Origin: Octopus vulgaris
Taxonomy: Eukaryota
Assembly: GCA_951406725.2 (NCBI GenBank)
Contig: OX597826.1
Location: 37,758,001 to 37,822,000, forward strand
Direction: 5' to 3'
Length of the DNA stretch: 64,000 nt
The first letter of the stretch is position 1; each line of letters opens with the position of its first letter. The notes below the pieces were generated by a model, which saw only the letters and a list, made by a program, of their open reading frames with translations, had not been told where the DNA came from and did not search any database. Below, in pieces: positions 12,226 to 25,400 of the stretch. The translations under genes and the position numbers were made by a program.

Positions 12226-14318
12226 AATAATAATAGCTTCAAATTTTAGCACAAGCCCAGCAGTTTTAGGAGAAAGTTAAGTCGATTACATCGACCCCAG
12301 TGCTCAAATGGTTTTTATTTTATCGCTCCCAAAAGTATGAAAGGCAAAGATGTCCTCGGCAGAATTTGAACTAAAAAAGTACAGATGGACGATATGCTGC
12401 AAAGTACTTTGCCTAGCGTGCTAACGACTCTGCCAGCTCGCTGCCTCTTAAGTATCATATGATATTGATAATATCTAGAGGAAGATGCGTGTTCTCCTTC
12501 CATGTTTTGATGAATTTAGTTTTGACCAATAGGAATTGGTGTCATGATGTCATCATACTGTATCCAACGGCCATCTGGTGTTTCCACCCTGAACCGTAAC
12601 ACCCTCTTATTGGTGGTTCAGCAATGCTGACCATTTCACTGCTAATCATTACCTCCTCATTCTTCTCTGTTGCTCTATAATCAGCAACAGGGTCTTTCTG
12701 CCACCTCTCACATCCTGCGGCCCCACCTGCATTTCGCTCTTTTCCTCTTTTTTCAATGGTTATAAGTATTTTCCGTACAAACTAGAAAGTATCGACCTAT
12801 AAGTCAAGTACTAATTAATTACTCAAAATCGATTATTCTATCATAATTTTAATCAAAGAACAAATCTATCACCGTCAACTTATCTGCAGGGATCTTCATG
12901 GTAAAGGTCGCACAATTCAGTAAAAGAAGCGCTCAATATTCTTTAGTTCCTGTTTAATCTGTTTAAAGCTGGTCTGATACCAAGTTATACTGAATGGAAA
13001 CTCCATGAAATGGAGATTATTTCATAAGCGTAAGTTCTCGAAGACGTTTCTGCAATGCCAATAAGAGAGAATTCAAGAGAATGCCTTTAGGACTAACTTA
13101 CTTTAATTAAATTCTTAAACCGTGCCTTACTGTATCACATTCAGTTAATAAAAAACCTAATGAAGAAAATAGTGTCTGTTATAATTCAGCCATGTTCAGT
13201 GTGTTTTTGCTATTTGTTTAGTTTTTCAAATTTGTATTAAAGCACGGAATAATGGATATTGAACACAGATCGCATCGTTTCGTGAGGCGAATCCCTTAAA
13301 TAATCCCTTCAAAAGTGGGTTTAGAAAACGTGTCTGTCACAAACGCTTTTCCTTCCCTCCCCCTTTTTTTTTTCCTTTCGGCAAATCAGACGGTTTAGAC
13401 TTTTTTTTCCAAGTAAAATAAGCGCCATCTTCCCTGCAAGATCATCCTATTTTGTCATCAAGAAAAATTTTATATTTGACAAAATTTCCTGGCAAAGGTA
13501 TCAGCAAAAAAATATTTACAGATCCAACGAGCTTTGAGGGGATTAAATATGATACCGCTCATTTTAAATCTGATTACGACGGGATTTTTAATTAAAGAAT
13601 TAAAATAAATTAAATGGAAAATATTTTTAGAGCCAGAAAGAGAGACAAAGAGAAAGAAGGGTGGAGGTAGAGAGGTTGAAAGAGCGAGAGAAAAAGAAAG
13701 AGAGAAAGGGAGAGAGAGGGGTATCTCTGAAGATCTGTGGATGAGGAAAATATTTCAACGTGAAATATTGCAAGATAATGAAGTAGTTCTTAACGGTGAT
13801 TTGACATGGGAACTCTCCGACGATGGTTTTTGTCTTTTTGGGTTCTTTTTTTTTTTTTTTGTTTTTTTTTGGGGGGGGGGACTTTGACCAAAACTATTAA
13901 TTATAAATACAAAAATGTGTGACTATTAATAAATTATATGTTCTATCAATTACTATAAAACATAATTGATGGATAATGTAATGAAATAACAAACACTGTA
14001 AACAGCAAGATGTTATTATGTTGGTCTAAAGAAATGATATATGGGAGTTAAAAGATAGAGTAAATATCTTTACGTTTAACTTTTGGCGAGAAGAGCTGAC
14101 GACTTGAATGATGTATCCATGCGTGTATGTATGTATGTATGTATGTATGTATGTATGTATGTATGTATGTATGTATGTATGTATGTATGTATGTATGTTT
14201 GTATGTATGCATGTATGTATGTATGTATATTAGTTGTAAGGATTCAGCAGAACGTAGGCATATCAACATGTAGGGCGCCAGAAATGGCTAGCTACAATAA
14301 AAGAAAGAAAGAAAAGAA

Positions 14319-14357
<39 letters not shown>

Positions 14358-15065
14358 GAAAGACATCAGTGCTTGTCATTTATTTCATTTACCGACCCTG
14401 AAAGGCTGAGAGGCCAAGCGGCGGCAAAGAGAACTAGAACTAGTTTCTCCAAGTCATTCCGTTTGACACCCTGGTGATATTACTGCTACTTCGCCATTTT
14501 AATTTTGCTCCGTTTATTAATGGCGTAACTTCAGAGAGAATGAGTTTCTAAAGCAAATTAAGTGGATATCAAGCAGAAAACAAGATTCATGATACGAAAA
14601 TGTCTGGAATAATGAAACCTTATGGAACTAAAGAAATTCAAAGAACTTTAGTCACTGGTTAAAACTCATTATAAGTTTACACTAATTAAGTTAATTATTG
14701 ATAAAGGATACTTAATAAGCTGACATTCAATGAGTTTTTACAGTTTTCAAGTAGATATTTGTTATGGTTACATGATAATTTTGTTTTCGTTTAACCCAAG
14801 TAGGCCTTTATCAAACAGTTTTAGAATTAATGACAGTCTAGCATTAAGCTTTATGTCTTTCCATCGTGTACAGTGTGTCCAAGGTCACACTATTCAGCGT
14901 CCTTCATTGTAAAACAGTATGCTGTGATTAGAAATATTTTGGCGACTATGTCTAACATATCAATCGATCCCGTCCGGCGACTGCTCGACGGCCCATGTAT
15001 GTCACATGACCAGGCAAACTACTATACTAAATAAATGGCAGTACGGAGCATGAGTCCCTGAATGA

Positions 15066-15098
<33 letters not shown>

Positions 15099-15099
15099 C

Positions 15100-15155
<56 letters not shown>

Positions 15156-15234
15156 TGATAGATAGATAGATGGATAGATAGATCGCTAGCCACCACACAT
15201 TCTTTAATTTCTCTCCTTGTTTCTTTCTGTGTTC

Positions 15235-15270
15235 CTTTCTGTGGAAGAGCGTAGGCTCGAAACGTTAAAG
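15235..15270 (+). ncRNA. PLE pLTR-type minimal hammerhead-like motif with A6U core change
   Basis: CTTT|CTGTGGA|A|GAGC-GTAG-GCTC|GAAA-CG-T|T|AAAG, within a ~190-bp element (15181-15370) between (GATA)n and (TA)n. Confidence 0.55.
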
Positions 15271-15365
15271 ACTTTCTCACTTCCCGAGCGTTATACAAAT
15301 ACATCTATTTGTTGTCTACACCACCTGTCTTCGTCTTTTGTTGTTGTTTTTTTGTTTTTAATTCT

Positions 15366-15419
<54 letters not shown>

Positions 15420-15896
15420 AGACAGAGAGAGAGAGACAGATATACACGTATATATATCCACACACACACACATATATGTACTTTTCTACTCTAGGCAGAA
15501 GGCTCAAAATTTGCGGGGAGGGGCCAGTCAATCAAATAGACCCCAGTACGCAACTGGTACTTAATTTATCGACCGATTCCTATGAAGGAATCCTATGACG
15601 GATACCTCTTATGCGTTTAAATGAACAATGTATTTATATGAATAATATATAGCCTATTGACTAATTTGTCTACGCACTAGGCCACTAGTAGTAAAAATTT
15701 CTAAAATTTTTATTACCCAGAAATTATTACTATATATATATATATATACATATTACAGAGATGTTCTTGCATAGCAAGCGACTTGATCTGAGATCGTGTG
15801 CTGAAATAAAAATAACAGCAGTGTGGAAGAAGTTTGCAAACCATTTAAAAACACACAAAAACAGTTAGATTCACTTCCACATTTCAATTTAATTTG

Positions 15897-15943
15897 TGTC
15901 AAAATATTTTCGTCGCTTTGAAACTTTGACCTGTTCACCAACA
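15897..15943 (-). ncRNA. Degenerate second copy of the G3-C8 hammerhead-like motif
   Basis: Minus strand TGTTG|GTGAACA|G|GTC..GAC|GAAAATATT|T|TGACA. The flanking element (15757-15943) is the reverse complement of 18357-18545. Confidence 0.5.
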
Positions 15944-16058
15944 ACATTTCGTGGTGTACGAAATTTTGTCAGTGAAGGGTTTTAAATGTTGAAGTGAATC
16001 TCACGGCTTTTACGTGCTTTTAAATGGCTTATAAGCACCTTCCACGCTCCAATTGTTT

Positions 16059-16122
<64 letters not shown>

Positions 16123-16265
16123 CAATGGGTTCAGGAGAGTTTGAAAAACCTACGTGTAGCTTCTGTAGTTTCTGTGTGGGGCAAACCATTTCTGATGTTT
16201 ATTTCACCCATATACACATATACATACACATGCACATGCATACATACATACGTACATACATACAT

Positions 16266-16486
16266 ACTCTTTGCTCTTTTACTTGTTTCAGTCATTTGAC
16301 TGCGGCCATGCTGGAGCACCACCTTTTAGTCGAGCAAATCGACCCTGAGACTTATTCTTTGTAAGCCCAGTACTTATTCTATCGGTCTCTTTTTGCCGAA
16401 CCGCTAAGTGACGGGGACGTAAACACACCAGCATCGGTTGTCAAGCGATGGTGGGGGGACAAACACAGACACACAAACATATACAT

Positions 16487-16549
<63 letters not shown>

Positions 16550-16714
16550 TACGACAGGCTTCTTTCAGTTTCTTTCTACCAAATCTACTCACAAGGCATT
16601 GGTCGGCCCGAGGCTATAGCAGAAGACAGTTGCCCAAGATGCCACGCAGTGGGACTGAACCCGGAACCATGTGGTTGGTAAGCAAGCTACTTACCACACA
16701 GCCACTCCTGCGCC
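16266..16714 (-). mobile_element. SINE family A, full length
   Basis: Reverse complement of 8579-8970. Confidence 0.9.
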
Positions 16715-17117
16715 TATACATACATACATATATATATAAGTGTGAATGTGTGTATGCGTGTATATTCCATAGGCTTACATGCATAAGCACATACTGCGCG
16801 CAAACCACACTCACATATCACTCTATATGTTTAGTCAAGTGTATGTGTGCGCGCGCGCACGTATGTATGTTTGTGTGTGTGCGTGCGTGAGTGCGTGTGC
16901 GCATGTGTGTGTGGTGTGAGTGCGTCTAGAAGTGATATAGAAGAGACCAGCTGTAGATAAATGATTAGTTAATACTGAAGGAAGACATAAAATATGAAAG
17001 CAGAAACAAAGTGAGATATATTTCATATAGCATGGTAGAGGAGGCGGGAGGTTAGAATTGGAGGTGAGAGAGCGAGATACGTATATACATATATATCTAT
17101 ATACGTATATGCATATT

Positions 17118-17156
<39 letters not shown>

Positions 17157-17188
17157 CATATTGAAACACGTCTGTGTGTATGTGTGTG

Positions 17189-17234
<46 letters not shown>

Positions 17235-17782
17235 TGTGTGTGTGTGTGTGTGCAAACAGATTAGGTGGAAAGAAGACTGAGGAAGTTCCTTGTGAAAGCA
17301 GAATAGTGAGGGGGGAGGGAAATAAATTGTGATTGAGACGGTGGATTGGAGAGAGAGGGAGAGAGAGGGAGAAGGAGGGAGAGAGAGAGAGAAATCGGAA
17401 GTTGTAAGGGTGTGAGCAAAGACGAAGGAGGGAACTGAGTGAAAGAGGAGGAGGAGAATAATGAGGAGGGGAAGAAAAAGGAAGAGGAGGAGCAGTGGGA
17501 GGAAATGGATGTAGAGTGATGAATGGTGTTAGGAAGAGAGGGGTTTGACAGAAATGAGAGAAAGAGATAGATGTTGACTGAGTTGTAAGACAGAGAGAGA
17601 GAGAGAGACAGAGAGAGAGAGAGAGAAGAGATAGTTTAAAGTTAGTGACGGTGAGAGTAAGAGATGTACTTGGGAGAGATTCAGAGATGGAAGGAGGAGA
17701 GCGTGAGTAGGAGGACACGTTATAAGAAGTGGTGGGAGTAAAGATGGATATAGAGGGAGGAGGAACAGGGAGAGGAGGAGGA

Positions 17783-17829
<47 letters not shown>

Positions 17830-18008
17830 AGAAGAAGAAGAAGAAGAAGAAGAAGAAGAAGAAGAAGAAGAAGAAGAAGAAGAAGAAAAGAGTTGCGAGT
17901 GTTTGATCTATATATATTCAACTACAGAGAGGTAATGGATGAAGGGGAGGGATTAGAGTGCAAATATAATTAATAATTACTTTTCTGGGGAGGTGAACAA
18001 GTGAAAGG

Positions 18009-18048
<40 letters not shown>

Positions 18049-18356
18049 GAGAGAGAGAGAGAGAGTAAGTGAGGGTGTGCGAGAGATAATTCGATGTCGT
18101 AAGTGATAAGTTCGAAAGAATGTGACTAGGTGGATTGGTGAATTTTGGGAGTGATGGTCATGGAAAATTTTAAAATCTATAAAGCAAAAATACTATAAGG
18201 TTTGTGTGTGTGTATCTATACGTGTGTGTGTATGCATATGTATTTGTATGTATGTATGTATGTATGTATGTATGTATGTATATATATATATTTGTATATG
18301 CATGTATGTATGTATATATAAATGTATTTATATATATAGAAATATATATGAATAAG

Positions 18357-18402
18357 TGTCAGTGAACAGGTCGCGGATTTTAGCGACGAAAATATTTTGA
18401 CA
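18357..18402 (+). ncRNA. Hammerhead-like motif with swapped G3-C8 core
   Basis: TGTCA | GTGAACA | G | GTCGC-ggatttta-GCGAC | GAA-AATATT | T | TGACA. Stems I and II are perfect and stem III is palindromic. Confidence 0.62.
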
Positions 18403-18542
18403 AATTAAACTTATATGTTGAAGTGAATCGAACGGCTTTTGTGTGTTTCTTAAATGGCTTATAAACACCTTCCACGCTGCAATTGTTTTCGTTTCAGCAC
18501 ACGATCTCAGATCAAATTACTTGCTATGCGAGTACATCTCCG

Positions 18543-18591
<49 letters not shown>

Positions 18592-18764
18592 ACGATGACA
18601 TAGTTACATACATACAGATATATATATCAATAGATAGTGAAGTGAATAGATGTGTATGTATATGCATGTATATATGATATTTCATGCAGGTTGGTCCGAC
18701 ATTGTTATAGAATTCAGTTACATATATACATGCCTCTCTCTCTCCCTATATATATGTATATATC

Positions 18765-19200
18765 ATAATAATTTCTTAAGTAACGAAAAGTTGAATTTGA
18801 TATTAATCTTTATTTTGTACAATGGTCGTTTCGACCCATCCTGCTTACTGTTCCTTATGGGTGGGATCCTGTTCAACATGTGTTACATCCATTTTGCAGC
18901 CTGCTTCTCATCAGGTACATAAAGGTTTGGGTTTCATTAAAGATCCTGAGTTTTGGCTGGCATGTATAGAGACGGGCAAATAACAACATGCCAGCCAAAA
19001 CTCAGGATCTTTAATGAGACCCAAACCTTTATGTATGGATGTACTTGATGAGAACCAGGCTGCAAACTGGACATAACACAACATGTTGAACTGGGTCCCA
19101 CCCATAAGGGACAATAAGCAGGATAGGTTGAAATGACTATTGTACAAAATAAAGATTAATACCAAATCCATCTTCTGGTAACTTAACAAAATATTATTAT
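18765..19200. repeat. ~200-bp-arm palindrome with a hammerhead-like motif in each arm
   Basis: Arms pair around a ~20-nt spacer at ~18966-18986. Minus motif 18816-18919: TGTAC|CTGATGA|..|GAAAC-GACC-AT|T|GTACA. Plus motif 19040-19146: TGTAC|TTGATGA|G-AACC..GGTT|GAAAT-GACT-AT|T|GTACA. Confidence 0.88.
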
Positions 19201-19368
19201 TACTATTATTATTATTATTATTATTATCATTATTATTATTATTATCTCAACTAATACCGCGGAAATCCTGAAGTAGATCCAACGGAAACAAATCCCGACT
19301 GCGGATAACACCAGGTAGCCCAAACTGTACCACTTCTCTACTCAACACTTCAACACACCAAAAATATT

Positions 19369-19448
<80 letters not shown>

Positions 19449-19455
19449 GTATGTA

Positions 19456-20465
19456 TACTAGGTCTGATCAATAAGTATCCGGATTGGTGTTATAAAAACA
19501 AAACTACAGCACGTACCAATTTGGCAATTTATCTCCTTCAAAGTCGTCCGCTTCGGAAGTCACACACTTAATCCAGCGTTGTTTCCGTTGATGGCAGTAT
19601 TCCTGGAATTCGTTTTCTGAGATATTCAGCAGCTGCCTTGTCGCATTCAATTTTATTTCCTCGACGTCCTGAACTCTTCTTTCTCTCAAGCAGGATTTGA
19701 TTTTTGGAAAGAGGAAAAAGCTAGTTAGTGGCGAGATCTGGGGACTGCGGATGCTGTCGAGCCTGGGGAATGCTGTGCCTATCCAAAAACTGCTGCTGAA
19801 TGGGCAGGTGCGTTGTCATTGTGCAGCTGCTACTCACCGGGCGCATGCAATTGCGGCCTTTTGCAACCAATAGCATCCTGCAATCGCCGCAATACGTCAC
19901 GGTAGCACTCCTTGTTTGCAGGCTGACCAGGTAGAGCTTACTCATGATGAACAATCCTCTTGTAATCGACACGTTCAACAGTGGCTTCATATTGCTTCGA
20001 CTCATTTGCGTTTTTTTCGGTCTCGGAGAGGTTGGGGTCTTCCACTGCGAAGAGTGAGCCTTTGTTCCGGGATCATACCCACGATTCATCACCCGTTATG
20101 ACCGTTTCGAAAACGTTTTCATCGTTTTCGACACAATCAAGAAGATCTTGTGCAACTGAAACCCGAGTGTTTATTTTGTCAGGTGAAAGCAGTTTTGGCA
20201 CAAATTTGGCAGACACACCTCTTATGACATCTTCAGTAATAATGGACTGAACTGAACCGTAACTAATCTGCACATCTTCTGATAACTCACGGAGGGGGAT
20301 TCGACAATATTCCCTCATAGCTTCACGCACATCTACGGTGTTTTTCTCAGTTCTGCTGGTTGCGGGTCACCCAGAACTTTCGTCAATATCAACATTTTGT
20401 AGGCCATCTTGAAAATGTCTGAACTACTCGTACACTTGTGTGCGGCTCATACACTATTCTCAATA
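19456..20465 (-). mobile_element. Decayed mariner-type DNA transposon (5' end lost)
   Basis: Minus-strand ORF pieces VSAKFVPKLL..VITGDESWV, YDP.TK..SSQWK..SPRPKK, PQSPDLA and QRWIKCVTSEADDFEGDK. A TIR-like TACTAGGTCTGATCAATAAGTATCCG starts at 19456. Confidence 0.9.
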
Positions 20466-20522
20466 GACATGCATACGCACATACATACATATATATACAT
20501 ATGCATATATATATATGTATAA

Positions 20523-20603
<81 letters not shown>

Positions 20604-21200
20604 AACAAAGTAGGCTAAACAAGTATCTCCACATGAAAACTTGTGTATGCGAATAAATGAATGATGTAAGAAAGTCTTAACGGCTGTTTCGGATAATGTT
20701 GTAATTTATGGGCAAGCAGATATTTTGAGACACCTCTGATGTGAAGCTATATTATCATTAGAATACTCTGACAAAAAGCGAGTCTACATACCAACACTAT
20801 TATGAGACTACATTACATTTTATACAAGGTTATGGCGTCAGTCATTTTTATACGAAACAGCTGTAAAGACAAACTTAATTACATCATTCACTTATCTGCA
20901 GACGTCACTTTTTAATATAAATAAACTTCTTAAGTCTACTATTGTTTATCTATTGTTTCTGTTTCCATAGCGTTTGACGATAATCATGTTCATAGACTAC
21001 TTTCAGCATCAGAGCTACCTGCCCTTGATGAACGAGATGAAGTGTAAGTCTCGGATTTATTCAAGCACAACTTAGTGACTATCTATCCCATGCGTATTTA
21101 ACATTCTTTAACACATCATTTAGGTGTGTGTGTGTAAGTATGTATGTATATATTTGTAAATATGTATGTATACATATGTGCGTACATACGTATATACATG

Positions 21201-21242
<42 letters not shown>

Positions 21243-21312
21243 AATTACTTACATATAGACATGCATATATATTAACGTATATATGTATATATTATATTAT
21301 ACATAAGCATAA

Positions 21313-21345
<33 letters not shown>

Positions 21346-22267
21346 ATCACGTGCGCGTATAGACATACGCCTGTTTAATATATATAAAAATATATATATA
21401 TATATATATATTCACCTGTATATATAGATCTATGCACATGGAGATATTGCGGTGTGTATACGTATTCATGCGAGTTTGTGCGTATTTGTGAGTCTGTGTA
21501 AACCCGTTAATGACCACCCAAGAGAAGTAAACCTGGAGATAGCGGTAGTTTGACAGACAGGCTGTGTTTGCTGGTGTGAAGCGAATGGAGAAGGGCAGAT
21601 AGGAGGAGGACAGAAAGAGAAAGTAGTTGTGGTCGGAGGGTGAGTAGGAGGAGGAGGGTGATGATGATGAGGAGGAGGAGGAGGAAATATAGTTTTAGTA
21701 GTAGTAAGATGAGGAATAGAAAATGAAAGGGTGGGAGGTGTGTTATGGGAGAAAAGAGAACAGTTGTATGAATAGAAAAAATAGTGTAATAATATAGAGA
21801 GAGAAAGAGAGAGGGTGAATGAGAGGAAGTTGATTGGGACCTGGTACACAGTGGTTGCTACAGAGGCGATTCGAACCGGTATCGCCTTGGTAATGTTGCG
21901 AACTGATTTGTAAATGTGTGAGATTGATAGAGAAGCAGAGCTGGAGAAATGGATGAATTGAGAGGAGAGGTGTGAGACAGAGTTTGTATCGGAGTAGGAG
22001 GGTCGTTGTTGATAGAACCATGTTGTACAGAAAGGTGGTTGGTCAAAGCGAAGTAAATTGAGGAAGAGGTTGTTGTTTAGACCAAAAGCATTCCAACCGT
22101 GGCCATCTCGTTTGGTTTTAGATATAGAGTATCTGCGCCTACAAAATTTGATACATGTTTTTTTTCTTTGTTTTTGTTTTAAGCCGAAAACAGTGTAATT
22201 TGAGGGACAATTAGCTGCTATTTCACCTAAATCAAAGAGATTCTATAGAATCTCTTCAGTTGGTTTA

Positions 22268-22270
22268 GCA

Positions 22271-22334
<64 letters not shown>

Positions 22335-22966
22335 CTGTTGCTGCTGCTGTTGCTGCTGCTGTTGTTAATGTTTTCATTGTTGTTATTGATGTTGCTGCTG
22401 CTGCTTCTGTTGCTGCTGCTGCTGTTGCTGGTGCTGCTGATGGTGTCATTGGTGTTCATGTGGCTGCTGTTGTGATTGTTGTTGTTGCGGATAGTGGTGG
22501 CGGCGGCGGTGGAGACGATGCTGCTGGCGGAGGCGCTGGTGTGTGTGTGTGTGTGTGTGTGACGATTCCGTTGCTGCTGTTTCTGCTGATGACGCTGGCG
22601 GCGCTAATGATGGTACGTCGCTGTTGCTTGGTTTCCTCTTGCTTAAGTTTAGTGTTGCTGTCAGACATTGTTGTTCTTGTTGTTGTTGTTGTTGCTGCTG
22701 CTGCTGGTGCTGCTACTGCAGTTCGTGCGGGGACTGGTGGTGGTGGGGAGGGATACTGCCGCCGTTGTCGCTGTGAAGGTGTTTTCGTATGGTGGGAATG
22801 ATGTGGCGGAGGTGGGTTGCATAGGTGATGATGATGATGATGATGATGACGATGATGATGATGACGACGACGACGATGGAGATAATGGTGATGATGATGA
22901 TGATGTTGACGACGACGACGATGATGATGATGATGATGATGATGACGAAGACGATGGTGATAATGG

Positions 22967-23025
<59 letters not shown>

Positions 23026-23130
23026 GCGACGACGACGATGATGATGGTGATGATGATGACGACGAGGAGGAGGACTATGATTATGAAAATGATGATAATG
23101 ACGACGGAGATGTTGACAACGGTGGTTATG
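22268..23130. repeat. Compound trinucleotide low-complexity tract (GCT/GTT/GAT/GAC)
   Basis: Direct reading; produces long spurious ORFs in several frames on both strands. Confidence 0.9.
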
Positions 23131-23284
23131 TAGACGTTATTCCCTCTGTGTGTTGGGTGTTACTAAAGAGTTCCTGCCCGAAGCCTTCACCACAGTCCTC
23201 CTCACCCAACACACAAATGCACACACACACGCACACACACACGTGTGTGCCTATGAATATACATCCACACATGCATATTTATAG

Positions 23285-23612
23285 GTATGTATGTATGTAT
23301 GCATGTATGTATGTATGTATGTATGTATGTATGTATGTATGCATGTATGTATGTATGTATGCATGTATGTATGTATGTATGTATGTATGTGTATATGCAT
23401 GCATGTATGTATGTAAGTATGTATGTATGTATGTATGTATGTATGTATGTATGTATGTATGCATGTATGTATGTATGTATGTATGTGTATATGCATGCAT
23501 GTATGTATCTTTATGCTTATGCATGGATGTATGTATGCATGTATGCATGTATGTATGTGTATGTATGTATGTATGTATGTATGTATGTATGTGTGTGTAT
23601 GTATGTACGTAC

Positions 23613-23643
<31 letters not shown>

Positions 23644-23824
23644 TGTATGTATGTATGTATGTGTATATGCATGCATGTATGTATCTTTATGCTTATGCAT
23701 GGATGTATGTATGCATGTATGCATGTATATATGTGTATGTATGTATGTATGTATGTATGTATGTATGTATGTATGTATGTATGTATGTATGTATGTATGT
23801 GTGTGTGTGTATGTATGTACGTAC

Positions 23825-23855
<31 letters not shown>

Positions 23856-23900
23856 TGTATGTATGTGTGTGTGTGTGTATGTATGTATGTGTATGAATGT
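23285..23900. repeat. Compound (GTAT)n array with an internal ~176-bp duplication
   Basis: ATCTTTATGCTTATGCATGG occurs at 23507 and 23683. Confidence 0.92.
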
Positions 23901-24415
23901 GTGTATGGATGCGTGTGTGTACATGTGTGGGACACCGTTTAAAGAATTTTCTGTCGACCGAATCGATCTCAGTACCCTTTTCTTGAAGTACCTACTCTAT
24001 CGGTTTTGTTGCCCAACTGTTAAGGTACGAGGATGTAAATACAACTACACCGGTTTTCTAGCATGGTGCGAGACAACCAGAAGGAACACACAGGCGTGCA
24101 TACCACATATGTGTGTGTGTGTGTGTGTGTGTGCGTTTCTGTGTTTGCGTGTGTTTGTGTGTGTGGGTGTACATTTATCAATCTATATATCTATATAGCT
24201 GTCTGTGCGTACGTCTTTCTACCTATTTAGCTAGATATTTCTCAGTTTGCGCATGTGTGGGTGTGTGTGCGTGCGCGCACGTGTGTGTATGTGTGTGCAC
24301 AGAGAGAGAGAGAGAGAGAGAGAGACACACACACACACGCATACGCTCACCATACACAGAAACACACAGCCTCAAATGTACCTATCGCTTCTCTCTCTCC
24401 CTTTCTATCTCACTG

Positions 24416-24449
<34 letters not shown>

Positions 24450-24594
24450 CTCTCGTTCTCTCTTTTCCTATTTAACTATTTACAAGTTTATCATACTGCC
24501 GATATGTATGTGTACGCGTGTCCCTGTGTGTGCGTACCGCATGCACATCTGTGTATTTCTATATACTATGTCTATAAATGTATGTGTGTGTGTG

Positions 24595-24627
<33 letters not shown>

Positions 24628-24710
24628 CGTACGTACATACATATGTACATATATATATACGCATACATATATATATATATACATATATAAATTACATATA
24701 AATATATATG

Positions 24711-24756
<46 letters not shown>

Positions 24757-24899
24757 TATGTGTGTGTGCGCGTATATGTACATATACTTTACGCATGCGC
24801 ATATAATACGCACACAAACTCACACACAAGCGCTCGTGCAGTAACTTTTTCTAAGACTGTCGCACGGAATGGAGCCTTGCAGCGTATCGTTTCCCAGGG

Positions 24900-25400
24900 T
24901 TTCAGTTTGACATTTATATTGATGGGCAAACATATCTGCGGAATACTCAACCTTTTATTTGTTAAGAGTAGAAAGTTCATTGGATCGAATAAAATCTTGT
25001 TCCTCATCGAAATATTAGACTTTCCACCTCTTTCCCTTACTTCATTCAATTTTATCCTTATTGTTTTGTATTCCCAGATTGTCTCCCTTCCCTTTCAGTG
25101 TAAATATAATTATTTAAACAATATCTCTTAACGCTGTGTTGTACATAAACTAATAGTGTATCATTATGGAAAAAAACCTTCAAATATTTAGTTATGAAAA
25201 TAGGTTTTTCTACCATGGTTCTCGCCGAATTTATGGCCGCTTCATATAGCAGCTGATCTATAGTGATGATTGCAGAAATAGGCCCTATGTATTTTCTCTG
25301 AGGAGCGGTCAACAAACAGTGAAATTATCCGTTAGGAGACTTCATTGCTCTATTTCTTTTTCGCACATCAATATCATACAAATTCATTTCTGTTTACATT
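24900..25400 (-). pseudogene. Possible decayed PLE GIY-YIG C-terminal fragment
   Basis: Minus-strand pieces RKYIG, GGKSNISMRNKILF and LLTNKR..C resemble, in order, the YIG, KCNLCLEEK and LLNKRSE..C.H motifs of a PLE endonuclease end. Heavily degenerate. Confidence 0.35.

Noticed and set aside
22668-23942. 424-aa ORF with poly-L/poly-D and MYVC repeats
   Set aside because: Translation of compound microsatellites that are open in several frames on both strands; no domain signal.
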